A stretch of 64,000 bases of DNA from an uncultured Acidobacteriota bacterium (GTDB taxonomy: Bacteria; Acidobacteriota; Thermoanaerobaculia; Multivoradales; UBA5704). A program made the position numbers and the translations under genes. The stretch lies in the NCBI GenBank assembly GCA_963770895.1, contig CAVYRF010000001.1, positions 1,344,001-1,408,000 of the forward strand, given 5' to 3'. The notes beneath the pieces were generated by a model. The model worked only from the letters and a program-made list of their open reading frames with translations. It did not search any database and was not told where the DNA came from. Positions 48,788-57,743 of the stretch are shown in pieces (position 1 is the stretch's first letter; each line of letters starts with the position of its first letter).

Positions 48788-49555
48788 ATGGAGATCACAG
48801 AGGTCAAGGTCTTTCCGATTCAAGAGGAGAAGCTGAAGGCTTTTGTGTCGATCGTGTTCGACCAGTGTTTCATGGTCAATGACATCAAGATTATTCAGGG
48901 CAGGGATGGCCTCTTCATCAGCATGCCGAGCCGCAAGAAGAAGAACGGCGAATTCAAAGACGTGGCGCACCCGCTCAACAACGAGACGCGGCGCATGATC
49001 GAGGAAAAGGTGCTGGCCGAATACGAGCACGTGCTGAACGAGCGCGGCGAACAGCTGCCGGCGCCTCCGGCGCACGTCCTGACGGCGGTCTCCGGGTCCG
49101 CCGCCGGCGCTCCCTCGCCGCACACCGCCGCCGCCTTCGGCACCTCCGTCGCCCCGTCGCCCCTGCCGTTCCCTGTTGCCGCCGCCGCCATGATGCCGGC
49201 CGCGGCCGCGACCGGCGCGCCGCCGGCGGCGTCCCAGGCCGTCGCCAGTGCGGGCGCCAGCGCGATGGCTGCGATCGGCGCGATCGGCGCGATCGGCGCG
49301 ATGGAACCCGCGCCCCAGGCCGACCCGGCGGTTGCCACCGATGCGGTCCGCCCCGCGCACCCGGCACAGCCTTCGCAAGCGGTGCACCCGGCAGTCGCCG
49401 CGGCGCCCCTGGGGCCGTCGCATGGGTCTGCCGCCGGCGACGGGACTGGCGGAGCGGGCGGCACGGCAGCACCCGCGGCGCCGCCAGCCGGCGAAAAGAC
49501 CCTGGAGGAGATCGAGGAGCTGCATCTGCGCGATTCGTTCTGGACCGTAACCTGA
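48788..49555 (+). CDS. spoVG: SpoVG family protein with long Ala/Pro-rich C-terminal extension
   Basis: MEITEVKV, KLKAFVSIVFD.CF.V..IKII.G..GLFISMPSRK and FKDVAHPLN. Confidence 0.93.
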   Translation: MEITEVKVFPIQEEKLKAFVSIVFDQCFMVNDIKIIQGRDGLFISMPSRKKKNGEFKDVAHPLNNETRRMIEEKVLAEYEHVLNERGEQLPAPPAHVLTAVSGSAAGAPSPHTAAAFGTSVAPSPLPFPVAAAAMMPAAAATGAPPAASQAVASAGASAMAAIGAIGAIGAMEPAPQADPAVATDAVRPAHPAQPSQAVHPAVAAAPLGPSHGSAAGDGTGGAGGTAAPAAPPAGEKTLEEIEELHLRDSFWTVT

Positions 49556-49641
49556 GCTGCGCTGCAACTTCCGTCTGGTACTTCGCAAGGGGACAGGAGG
49601 ACGGGCCGGGTGCCTGGTGCGCCTCGGGGGGCAAGCGAGAC

Positions 49642-49716
49642 TGGGGCGTCGCCAAGTGGTAAGGCACCAGACTTTGGATCTGGCATTCGGAGGTTCGAAT
49701 CCTCCCGCCCCAACCA
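49642..49716 (+). tRNA. tRNA-Gln (anticodon TTG)
   Basis: Acceptor TGGGGCG/CGCCCCA, anticodon arm ccaga-ctTTGga-tctgg, T-loop GTTCGAATC, encoded CCA. Conserved position upstream of prs. Confidence 0.97.
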
Positions 49717-49803
49717 AGCCGATCTGGATCAGGGAATCCTGAAGGCGATTTTTTGGCGGCCCCGCCCTGCGGCGGGGCCTGGCAGGTCTGCGAGCGGAGG
49801 AGT

Positions 49804-50745
49804 ATGCCTGGCGAATTGAAAATCTTCAGCGGTCGTGCGCACCCGACGCTGACGCAAGAGATCTGCGATTACCTCAACCTGCCGCCGGGCAACGTCGCGG
49901 CGCGCAACTTCTCCGACGGCGAAATCTTCTGCCAGATCGAAGAGAACGTGCGCGGCTCGGACGTGTTCGTCGTGCAGCCGACCTGCGAGCCGGTCAACGA
50001 GAACCTGATGGAGCTCTTGATCATGCTCGACACCTTCAAGCGCTCCTCGGCGTCGCGCGTCACCGCCGTGCTGCCGTATTACGGCTACGCCCGCCAGGAC
50101 AAGAAGGACCAGCCGCGGGTGCCGATCACCGCCAAGCTGGTGGCGGACCTGATCTCGCGCGCCGGCGCCGACCGGGTGCTGACGATGGACCTGCACGCCG
50201 ACCAGATCCAGGGCTTCTTCGACGTCCCGGTGGACCACCTGTTTGCCGCGCCCGTGCTGCTCGAAGCGGTGCGCCAGCTGGAGGTCCCCGACCTGGTGAT
50301 CGTGTCCCCCGACGCCGGTGGCGTCGAGCGCGCCCGCGCCATCGCCAAGCGTATGGAAGTCGGCCTGGCGATCGTCGACAAGCGCCGCACCGCCCCCAAC
50401 GAAGCCGAAGTGATGTTCGTCATCGGCGACGTCGAGGGCTGCAACGCGCTCATCGTGGACGATATCGTCGACACCGCCGGCACCCTCACCAAGACGGTGG
50501 AAGCGCTCAAGCTCAAGGGCGCGCGGCGCGTCCTGGCGGCGGGCGTGCACGGCGTCCTGTCGGGACCGGCGCTGCGGCGCATCGACGAGTCGCCGATCGA
50601 ATCGTTGCTGATCACCAATACCACGCCGCTCGATAAGAAGGTGGCGCGGTCGCCCAAGCTGAAACCGCTGTCGGTGTCCGCACTGCTCGGTGAAGCCATC
50701 CGTCGAATTCACGAAAACAGCTCGGTGAGCTCTCTGTTTGTCTGA
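49804..50745 (+). CDS. prs: Ribose-phosphate pyrophosphokinase
   Basis: FSDGE, PYYGYARQDKK, DLHADQIQGFF, VSPDAGG and VDDIVDTAGT. Confidence 0.98.
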   Translation: MPGELKIFSGRAHPTLTQEICDYLNLPPGNVAARNFSDGEIFCQIEENVRGSDVFVVQPTCEPVNENLMELLIMLDTFKRSSASRVTAVLPYYGYARQDKKDQPRVPITAKLVADLISRAGADRVLTMDLHADQIQGFFDVPVDHLFAAPVLLEAVRQLEVPDLVIVSPDAGGVERARAIAKRMEVGLAIVDKRRTAPNEAEVMFVIGDVEGCNALIVDDIVDTAGTLTKTVEALKLKGARRVLAAGVHGVLSGPALRRIDESPIESLLITNTTPLDKKVARSPKLKPLSVSALLGEAIRRIHENSSVSSLFV

Positions 50746-50760
50746 TGGAACGAGGAACCC

Positions 50761-51399
50761 ATGAGTGAAATGACGATCGAAGTACAGCAGCGCGACACGA
50801 CCGGCACCAACAGCAATCGGCGGCTGCGCGCCGCCGGCCAGATCCCCGCCGTCATCTACGGCGCGGGCAAGGACTCGACGTCCATCCACGTCGATCGCAA
50901 GCGCCTGGTGGAGCTGCTCCGGCGCTCCGGCGGCGACAACGCCCTGTTCCTGCTGCAGCTGGCGGGTGCCGGGCAGCACGCCATGATCCGCGACATGCAG
51001 CTCGACCCGATCACCCGCGCCATCGTGCACCTCGACTTCCAGCGCGTGATGATGGATACCAAGGTCCGCGTCCAGGTGGCCGTCGAGCTGGTCGGCACCG
51101 CCTACGGCGTCAAGACCGACGGCGGCGTCCTCGACTTCTCGCACCGCGAAGTCCACGTCGAGTGCCTGCCCGGCGACATTCCGAAGGGCATCGAAGCCGA
51201 CGTCACCGAGCTCCACCTGGGCCAGCACCTGACCGCCGGCGACCTCAAGCTGCCCGAGGGCGTGACCCTGCTCGACGAAGCCGATCGCGTCCTGGTGTCG
51301 GTCATGCACTCCAAGACCGAAGCGGTGGCGGCGGGCACGGAAGCCGCGGCCGAAGGCGAACCCGAAGTCATCAAGAAGGGCAAGACGGAAGAGGCGTGA
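50761..51399 (+). CDS. rplY: 50S ribosomal protein L25/Ctc
   Basis: RRLRAAGQIPAVIYG, HLDFQRV and GVKTDGGVL; located between prs and pth. Confidence 0.96.
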   Translation: MSEMTIEVQQRDTTGTNSNRRLRAAGQIPAVIYGAGKDSTSIHVDRKRLVELLRRSGGDNALFLLQLAGAGQHAMIRDMQLDPITRAIVHLDFQRVMMDTKVRVQVAVELVGTAYGVKTDGGVLDFSHREVHVECLPGDIPKGIEADVTELHLGQHLTAGDLKLPEGVTLLDEADRVLVSVMHSKTEAVAAGTEAAAEGEPEVIKKGKTEEA

Positions 51400-52148
51400 C
51401 CCACCTCATCCTGGGGCTTGGCAACCCGGGAGAGGAGTACCGAGCCACCCGCCACAACGCTGGCTTCCGCGTCCTCGACCTTCTGGCGCGCCGCTTCGGC
51501 GTGCGCCTCGATCGCCGCGAATGCAACTGCCTGCTCGGGCTCGCCCACCTCGCCGCGCCGCCTCCGGTGCCGCCGCCAGCCGCCGCGGCGCAATCGCCGC
51601 CGGATGGTGCGGTGGAATCGCCGCCGACGGAGGCTGCTGGTGCGGCCGGAGTCCACGGCGCGGGGCCCCTGGCCGCTGCCGCCGCGCCGGGTGAGCCCAC
51701 CGCTCCCGGTGCGTCCGGCGCCGCGGGCAGCACGGTCCTGCTAGCCAAGCCGCAGACGTTCATGAACCGCAGCGGCTTTGCTGCCCGCTGCCTGACGGAG
51801 AGCCACGCCCTCGACGTGGCGCGGGTGCTGGTGGTCTACGACGAGCTCAACCTGCCGTTGGGGCGCATGCGCCTGCGCCGCGACGGCAACCCGGCCGGGC
51901 ACCGCGGCATGGAATCGATCATCGAAAACCTGCGCACCGACCAGGTGGCGCGCCTGCGCCTGGGCATCGCCCCCGCCGCCGGCTCGCCCGCCGGCGGCGA
52001 CGCCCTGGTCGAGTGCGTCCTGTCGCCCTTCTCGCCGGCCGAGGAAGAGGCCTTTGCACCCCTGGTCGAGCGCGCCGCCGACGCCTGCGAAACCTGGCTG
52101 CGCGCCGGCATCGACACCGCCATGAACCGCTTCAACGGCGGCGGCTGA
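51396..52148 (+). CDS. pth: Peptidyl-tRNA hydrolase with low-complexity insertion
   Basis: LILGLGNPG..Y..TRHNAGF, KPQTFMNRSG, VVYDEL, GHRG and RLRLGI; GTGA overlap with rplY. Confidence 0.95.
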   Translation: MTHLILGLGNPGEEYRATRHNAGFRVLDLLARRFGVRLDRRECNCLLGLAHLAAPPPVPPPAAAAQSPPDGAVESPPTEAAGAAGVHGAGPLAAAAAPGEPTAPGASGAAGSTVLLAKPQTFMNRSGFAARCLTESHALDVARVLVVYDELNLPLGRMRLRRDGNPAGHRGMESIIENLRTDQVARLRLGIAPAAGSPAGGDALVECVLSPFSPAEEEAFAPLVERAADACETWLRAGIDTAMNRFNGGG

Positions 52149-52235
52149 TCGGGCGCGCCGCGGCCTGGCCGCGTGCCGCGGCGGCGACCGAGAACGCGGC
52201 CGCCAGCGGAGGTGCCGCCGGCGGCCACACGGCCG

Positions 52236-52499
52236 TCAATCGCCGCAACCGAAGGGGTGTGGGGGGCAGCATCCGCCGCAACAATTGATGGCGCAGCAGG
52301 TGTACTGCTTGGCGCACAGGGTGATGCAGGCCGGGCGATTGGGATCTCCCTCCGGCGGACAAGCCGCATCGCATTGAGCTTGGATCGTGTCGCAGCCGCA
52401 ATCGTTACCGCTGCAAGCCCTTACCTTTTGTGGGTTTGCCAATGTCGCCATCAGAACCAGCCCTAGCATCGCCACCATCGCAAAAAGCTTTTTCGCCAT
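52236..52499 (-). CDS. Secreted cysteine-rich mini-protein (87 aa, 14 Cys)
   Basis: SD AAGGAGG, signal peptide MAKKLFAMVAMLGLVLMATLA, mature CSGNDCGC...CCAINCCGGCCPPHPFGCGD. Confidence 0.8.
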   Translation of the reverse strand: MAKKLFAMVAMLGLVLMATLANPQKVRACSGNDCGCDTIQAQCDAACPPEGDPNRPACITLCAKQYTCCAINCCGGCCPPHPFGCGD

Positions 52500-52709
52500 T
52501 ACGGCCTCCTTGTTATGATAGTTGTCGCTGCTCCAATTCGGCGTTGTCAACTGCAATCATATTGCACCAGATGCCTCGAATTCAACTCCTCACGCTGCTT
52601 CCGAAGGAAGCGTTCTGACAAGGGACGACCGGTTGTCCGGGCAGGAAGGTGTCAGCGGGAGGGGGAGGAGAGGGGGGAATCGAGCGATCCCCCCGTCCGG
52701 CAGCGGGAT

Positions 52710-53575
52710 CTACTGGCAGTTGGCGTTGAGGGGCAGGTAGGCGCCGCTGTAGGCGCCGGCGCAGGTGAGGGTGGTGCCGACGGCAAACGTGGCGCCGCCC
52801 GCGACCTGGCTGGCGCCGGCGTTGACGCTGCCGCTCGACACCACGATGCCGTCGGCGGTGCCTGAGAAGGTCGACTGGTTGGCCGAGGTCGTCACGCCGG
52901 TGGCGGCGTTCTGAAGGCCGTAGCCGACCGACGCCGTGCCGTTGCCGAAGAACCCGGAGTTGGTGACCTGGATGGTCCCGCCGTCGTTGAACAGCCCCAC
53001 CGCCGCCGTGGTGCCCGAGCCGGCGACCGCCGTGCCGGTCACCGTGTTGAGGGTGAGGGTGCCGCCGGACTCTACGGTCACGCCGTAGGTTCAAGTTCTT
53101 CAGCGAAGGATTACCGGAGCTCAGGACGCCGAACGTGCTCACCACCCCGCCGGGCACCAGGATGGTCGCCTGGTAGAGCGAAAAGGTATTGCTCAGATTG
53201 GAGACGCCGATCGCGTCGGTCGAGGTGTTCTGCACTGCCAGATTGCGCACTTCCGAATGCACCCCGGCAGGGACGTTGATCACTCCCAGGTTGCCGGAGC
53301 CCCGCGCGTGCGAGGAGGTGATGGTGGTGACGTCCTGACCCGAGCCCTCGATATCGACGTAGTCCTTCATCGTCAGGGACACCTAACCGACGTCGAAGAT
53401 GCCGGGTTCGACCTTGATCAGCCAGGGGTTGGTGGCGCTATTGGTGGTGATGTTGCTGAGGGCGACCTGCAGCGCGGTGCCGTTGGCCGTGGGAGTGCTG
53501 CCCCCGACGACCAGCAGCGTGCGCACGAACGGCACCTGGGCGAGCGCGCCGGCGGCGAGGACAAGCCGCGCTCTT
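52710..53575 (-). pseudogene. Disrupted secreted beta-helix/pectin-lyase-like protein
   Basis: PWLIKVEPGIFDVG-TAG-VSLTMKDYVDIEGSG has an in-frame stop at 53383-53385. A frame change near 53090 leads into YGVTVESGG...LNANCQ. No intact start. Confidence 0.75.
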
Positions 53576-53602
53576 GGCAGCGGCGGCCGGTCCGTGTATA
53601 GT
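53574..53602 (+). promoter_or_regulatory. Sigma70-type promoter for rpsF-rpsR-rplI
   Basis: TTGGCA-17 nt-TATAGT. Confidence 0.65.
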
Positions 53603-53635
53603 GCGGGGCTCGCTGCGGCCGGGCGGGGAGTCAGC

Positions 53636-53712
53636 TGCCCTGGCCGCTTCCGTTCCTCTCTGTTCCGCGCGAAGCGGAACTGAACCAGGCCATAGGGAGG
53701 TCCATCCCACAT
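53636..53712 (+). promoter_or_regulatory. Structured rpsF leader, candidate S6:S18 autoregulatory RNA
   Basis: ccctggcc...ggccataggg pairing overlaps the SD (GGGAGG), with an inner hairpin gttccgc/gcggaac. Such leaders are established for rpsF operons. Confidence 0.5.
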
Positions 53713-54162
53713 ATGCGTACGTATGAGCTGGTCTTCGTCGTGGACCCACGGGTGTCCGACGAAGATGTGGTCACCATGACCCAGGAATACAAGCAGATGA
53801 TCGTCACCGGCGGCTCGCAGGTGACCAAGGAAGAGAGCTGGGGGCGGCGCAAGCTGGCCTATCCGATCGCCAAGCTGAACGAGGGCAAGTACGTGCTGCT
53901 CGGTATCGACAGCGAGGGCGGCAAGAACGCGCTGCCGGCGGTCGAGCACCGCATGCGCCAGAACGACAAGATCCTGCGCTACCTGACGGTGCGCACGGAC
54001 GAAGACCTCAAGCGTGCCGCCAGCCGGCATCCGGGTGGCACCGGCCGCGCCCCTGGCAGCGATGCCGGCGGCGACGGCGATCGCCACTCTCACTCGGGAT
54101 CGGATGCATCCCATGCGGCCGGTGGGGCCGAGGAGGTCCATCGCCATGGCCCGTCCGCGTAA
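53713..54162 (+). CDS. rpsF: 30S ribosomal protein S6
   Basis: [22 protein letters not shown] and ILRYLTVR; low-complexity tail overlaps rpsR. Confidence 0.97.
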   Translation: MRTYELVFVVDPRVSDEDVVTMTQEYKQMIVTGGSQVTKEESWGRRKLAYPIAKLNEGKYVLLGIDSEGGKNALPAVEHRMRQNDKILRYLTVRTDEDLKRAASRHPGGTGRAPGSDAGGDGDRHSHSGSDASHAAGGAEEVHRHGPSA

Positions 54163-54379
54163 GGTCTTCTATCGCCGGCGCAAGGTCTGCAAGTTCTGCG
54201 CTGACAAGATCGACTACGTCGATTTCAAGGACGTCAAGCTCCTGCAGCAGTTCATTCCCGAGCGCTCCAAGATCCTGCCGCGGCGGATCTCGGGCACCTG
54301 TGCACGTCACCAGCGCCTCCTGCAGCAGGCGATCAAGCGGGCGCGCCACCTGGCGCTGATCCCGTTCACCACGGATTGA
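54146..54379 (+). CDS. rpsR: 30S ribosomal protein S18 (Zn-binding form)
   Basis: [16 protein letters not shown] and [16 protein letters not shown]...AIKRAR.LALIPF. Confidence 0.98.
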   Translation: MARPRKVFYRRRKVCKFCADKIDYVDFKDVKLLQQFIPERSKILPRRISGTCARHQRLLQQAIKRARHLALIPFTTD

Positions 54380-54392
54380 GAGGGGGGCTCTC

Positions 54393-54839
54393 GTGAAAGT
54401 GATTCTACTCAGCGACCAGCGCCACCTCGGCAAGCGTGGCGAGCAGGTGGACGTGAAGCCGGGCCACGGCCGTAACTACCTGTTGCCTCAAGGATTGGCG
54501 CTGGAGGCGACGACCGCCAACATCGCCTACTTCGAGCAGCAGCGCAGCAAGATCGACGCCCACCACGCCCAGGAGCGCGCTGCCGCCGAAGCGATTGCGG
54601 CGCGCATGGCCGGTCTCCACCTGGAGATCCCCAAGCGGGTCGGCGAAACCGACACCCTGTACGGTTCGGTGACCGCTGCCGACCTGGCCAGCCTGCTGGA
54701 AGGCAAGGGGTTCGAAGTGGACCGCCGGCGCATCGACCTGGAAGGCGGCATCAAGAGCCTCGGCGAACACAAGGTGCGCATCGAGCTGCACCCCGAAGTC
54801 GTCGCCGAGGTGACCGTCACGGTGGTGCGGGAAGAGTGA
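54393..54839 (+). CDS. rplI: 50S ribosomal protein L9
   Basis: KVILL, LGKRG..VDVKPG.GRNYLLPQG, LYGSVT and IKSLG. Confidence 0.98.
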   Translation: MKVILLSDQRHLGKRGEQVDVKPGHGRNYLLPQGLALEATTANIAYFEQQRSKIDAHHAQERAAAEAIAARMAGLHLEIPKRVGETDTLYGSVTAADLASLLEGKGFEVDRRRIDLEGGIKSLGEHKVRIELHPEVVAEVTVTVVREE

Positions 54840-54843
54840 TCGG

Positions 54844-56139
54844 GTGAGCGAACCCGGCGCCGCCCAGCCGCCGCGTCGCTCGCCGACGATCGACGATTTC
54901 CTGATCGAGCCCACTCGCGACCTGGGTGATTGGTACTGGCTGTGGAAGGGGGACCATGCGTTCCCCATCCGCAGCCACCGCGGTCTTTTCGGACGGCTCC
55001 TGGTCGTCTGGAAGCGGCTGCTGCGGCCGCTTGCCAAGGTGCCGCAGAACGACCTGTGGGAACGCCAGCGCATCTTCAACATCATCCTGCTCGATCACCT
55101 GCGCGACGCGGCCGCCGTGCGTCGCCAGGACGACAGGCGCATCGCTTACCTGGAAGCCCTGGGGTCCGAGGGCATCGAAGAGCTCATGCGCCACAACGAC
55201 GCCCTGTTTGCGCGCGTCGATCAAAAGCTCGACCGCTATCGGCGTGAGGTCCGCGACCTGCTCGCCGGCTTGGGCGCCGCCCTGGCGCACGTCGAAGCCG
55301 CGGGCGCCACGGCGGCGGGGGCTCCGGCGGATGCGCCGCCGGCGGCGGCCGCCGAATCCGTGGCCGAGCTGACGCGGGCGCGCGACGACCTGGCTTATTT
55401 CGAGCTGGAGCGCCGCTATCGCGGCACCGAAGAGGAGATCCGCGAACGGATCTCCCGTTATCTGCCCTACCTGCAGGGCGGCGGGCCGGTTCTCGACCTG
55501 GGCTGCGGCCGCGGCGAAGCGCTCGCCCTGCTGCGCGACCATGGCATCGCGGCGCGCGGCGTGGACGGCAGCGCCCGCATGGTGGCGACCTGCCGCGAGC
55601 GCGGTCTGGACGCCGCCCATGGCGACCTGTTCGACGCCCTGGCCGCGGCCGACCCCGGCAGCCTGGGCGCCGTGCTGTCGTTCCACGTCATCGAGCACCT
55701 GCCGGTCGCCTCGCTCGACCGCCTGGTGCGCCTGGCGTGGCGGGCGCTGCGTCCCGGCGGCGTGCTGATCCTGGAAACGCCCAGCCCGCTGTCGCTGGTG
55801 GTGGCGGCGCGCAACTTCTGGCTCGATCCCACCCACGTGCGGCCGGTGCACCCCGAAAGCCTGGGCCTGATCTACGAGCTGGCCGGCTTCGATCCCGTCG
55901 AGCGCCTGGATCTGCGTCCCTTTCCGCCGGCCGAGCGCCTGCCTGAGATCGACCTCGCCCGCCTGCCGGTCGAGCAGCGCCCGCTTGCCGACGGCATCAA
56001 CCGTCTGCGCGATCACCTCGACGACCTGCTCTACGGCTGCCAGGACTTCGGGCTGGTGGGCGTGCGCCCGCCCGCGGCAGCGCCGCAAACGACGACGCCG
56101 GCCCCGCCGCCACCGCCGGCGCCGGCGGGCGAAGCCTGA
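54844..56139 (+). CDS. Class I SAM-dependent methyltransferase with N-terminal coiled-coil (glycan-capping type)
   Basis: ERRYRG, VLDLGCGRGE, FHVIEHL, LRPGGVLILETP and FWLDPTHVRP. Confidence 0.85.
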   Translation: MSEPGAAQPPRRSPTIDDFLIEPTRDLGDWYWLWKGDHAFPIRSHRGLFGRLLVVWKRLLRPLAKVPQNDLWERQRIFNIILLDHLRDAAAVRRQDDRRIAYLEALGSEGIEELMRHNDALFARVDQKLDRYRREVRDLLAGLGAALAHVEAAGATAAGAPADAPPAAAAESVAELTRARDDLAYFELERRYRGTEEEIRERISRYLPYLQGGGPVLDLGCGRGEALALLRDHGIAARGVDGSARMVATCRERGLDAAHGDLFDALAAADPGSLGAVLSFHVIEHLPVASLDRLVRLAWRALRPGGVLILETPSPLSLVVAARNFWLDPTHVRPVHPESLGLIYELAGFDPVERLDLRPFPPAERLPEIDLARLPVEQRPLADGINRLRDHLDDLLYGCQDFGLVGVRPPAAAPQTTTPAPPPPPAPAGEA

Positions 56140-56143
56140 GGCG

Positions 56144-57667
56144 ATGCGGTCGGCGGCCGCCGAGCGCTGGGTGCTGGCGCTCAGCCTGGCCGGCGGCGTG
56201 TTGCTGGCGTTCGTGACGCCGCCGTTCCAGGTGCCCGACGAACCGGCGCACCTGCTGCACGTCTACCAGGTGGCGACCGCCGCGGCGACGGAGCGCGGCC
56301 CCGGCGGCGCCGCCGGCATCCGCGTGCCGGCCAGCCTGATGCGGCTTGCCGACCAGTGGATGCGCGACCTGCCTTTCCAGCGCGACCATCGGCAGCAACC
56401 GGGTCTGTGGACGGCCAGCTGGCGCCAGCCGCTGGCGCCGGCGGATACGGTCTGGGTGCCGGCGGGACGGCTCAGCCCCTACACGGCGGTGCCGTACCTC
56501 GGCGCCGCCGCCGCCGTCGCCCTGGGCCGGCTGGCGGCCGCGGGGCCGCTCGCCCTGCTCTACCTGGCGCGGCTCGGCAACCTGGCGGTCGCGGTGGCGC
56601 TGTCGTGGGCGGCGGTGCGGCTGGCGCCCGTGCAGCGCTGGCTGATCGCCCTGACCGCGCTCACCCCCATGGCGATGTTCCAGCGCAGCTCGGCGTCGGC
56701 CGATGCCTTCACCAACGCCGCGGCGCTGCTCGTCGTCAGCCTGGTGCTGCGGCTGGCGCTGCCGGCGCCGGCGGAGCACTGCGGTGGCGAGGACCGGGCA
56801 GGAGCGGCACCGGCACCGGCGGACGTGACGGGGGGTGGCCTGCCGAGTGCTGGCGCGCCGCGCGCCGCCGCGGACGCGGCGGCGCGGGCGGTGCGGCGGC
56901 CCGGGCTGCTGGTCGGCTGGCTGCTGGCCGGCGCCTTTCTCCTGGCCGCGGCCAAGGCGGTCTATTTTCTGCTGGCGTCGCTGGTCGTCCTGGTGCCCGC
57001 CGCGCGGCTGGGCTCGCGGCGCCGGGCGGCGATGCTGTGGGGCGGCGGCGCGGCGGCCATCGGCGCCGGCGCGGCGGTCTCGTGGTGGGTGGCGCACTTC
57101 TACTTCACGCAGGGGTTTCTGCGCTCCGGGGTGCAGCCGCTCGCGCAGCTGCACGGCGTGGTTGCGGCACCGGCACGCTTTGGCGCGCTGGTGCTGGCCG
57201 ACTACCTGCGGCATGCGCCGCGCTACGGCGCCGAGCTGGTGGGCAACTTCGGCTGGCTGGACGCGCCCCTGCCGCTGGCGGCGATGGTGGCGTGGGCCGC
57301 CGTCCTGCTGATGGTGGCGGCGACCGACGGCGACCGGCAGGTGGTATTCGCCGGCTGGCAGCGCCTGTGGACGGCGGCGGTGGCCGGCGCGACGCTGCTG
57401 CTGCTCAGCCTGTCGCAGTACCTGTCGTGGACCCCGTTGGGCGCCGATCGCATCGACGGCCTGCAGGGCAGGTACTTCCTGCCGCTGCTGCCGGCCGGAG
57501 CGCTGCTGCTGTACAACCGGCGCCTCGCCGGGCGCTGGCCGTGCGGCGCCGGTGCGGGTCTGCGTCTGGGGGTCTGGAGCGCCTGTTTTCTTGTGCTTAC
57601 CCTCGCCACCCTCTGGTTCCGCTACCATGGCGGTGTCGCGGCAGCCGCCGGCGGCACGGTGCCTTGA
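56144..57667 (+). CDS. DUF2142-family polytopic membrane protein (GT-C-like)
   Basis: TPPFQVPDEPAH, YLARLGNL, GNFGWLD and GLQGRYFLP. Confidence 0.85.
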   Translation: MRSAAAERWVLALSLAGGVLLAFVTPPFQVPDEPAHLLHVYQVATAAATERGPGGAAGIRVPASLMRLADQWMRDLPFQRDHRQQPGLWTASWRQPLAPADTVWVPAGRLSPYTAVPYLGAAAAVALGRLAAAGPLALLYLARLGNLAVAVALSWAAVRLAPVQRWLIALTALTPMAMFQRSSASADAFTNAAALLVVSLVLRLALPAPAEHCGGEDRAGAAPAPADVTGGGLPSAGAPRAAADAAARAVRRPGLLVGWLLAGAFLLAAAKAVYFLLASLVVLVPAARLGSRRRAAMLWGGGAAAIGAGAAVSWWVAHFYFTQGFLRSGVQPLAQLHGVVAAPARFGALVLADYLRHAPRYGAELVGNFGWLDAPLPLAAMVAWAAVLLMVAATDGDRQVVFAGWQRLWTAAVAGATLLLLSLSQYLSWTPLGADRIDGLQGRYFLPLLPAGALLLYNRRLAGRWPCGAGAGLRLGVWSACFLVLTLATLWFRYHGGVAAAAGGTVP

Positions 57668-57743
57668 CCGTCGGGGGGACCGCGACTAACGATTTCAGCA
57701 ACCAGGGCCGCCCCTGCGCGGCCCGCGGAGTGAGAGCGTCGAC

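Noticed and set aside
49642-49716. tRNA-Gln as a prophage/island integration site
   Set aside because: It is directly followed by prs, with no integrase and no duplicated tRNA 3' end noticed.
53383-53385. In-frame TAG as possible pyrrolysine or stop readthrough
   Set aside because: The same gene also has a frameshift and no start, other genes use TAG as a normal stop, and no pyl genes are seen. A pseudogene is the simpler explanation.
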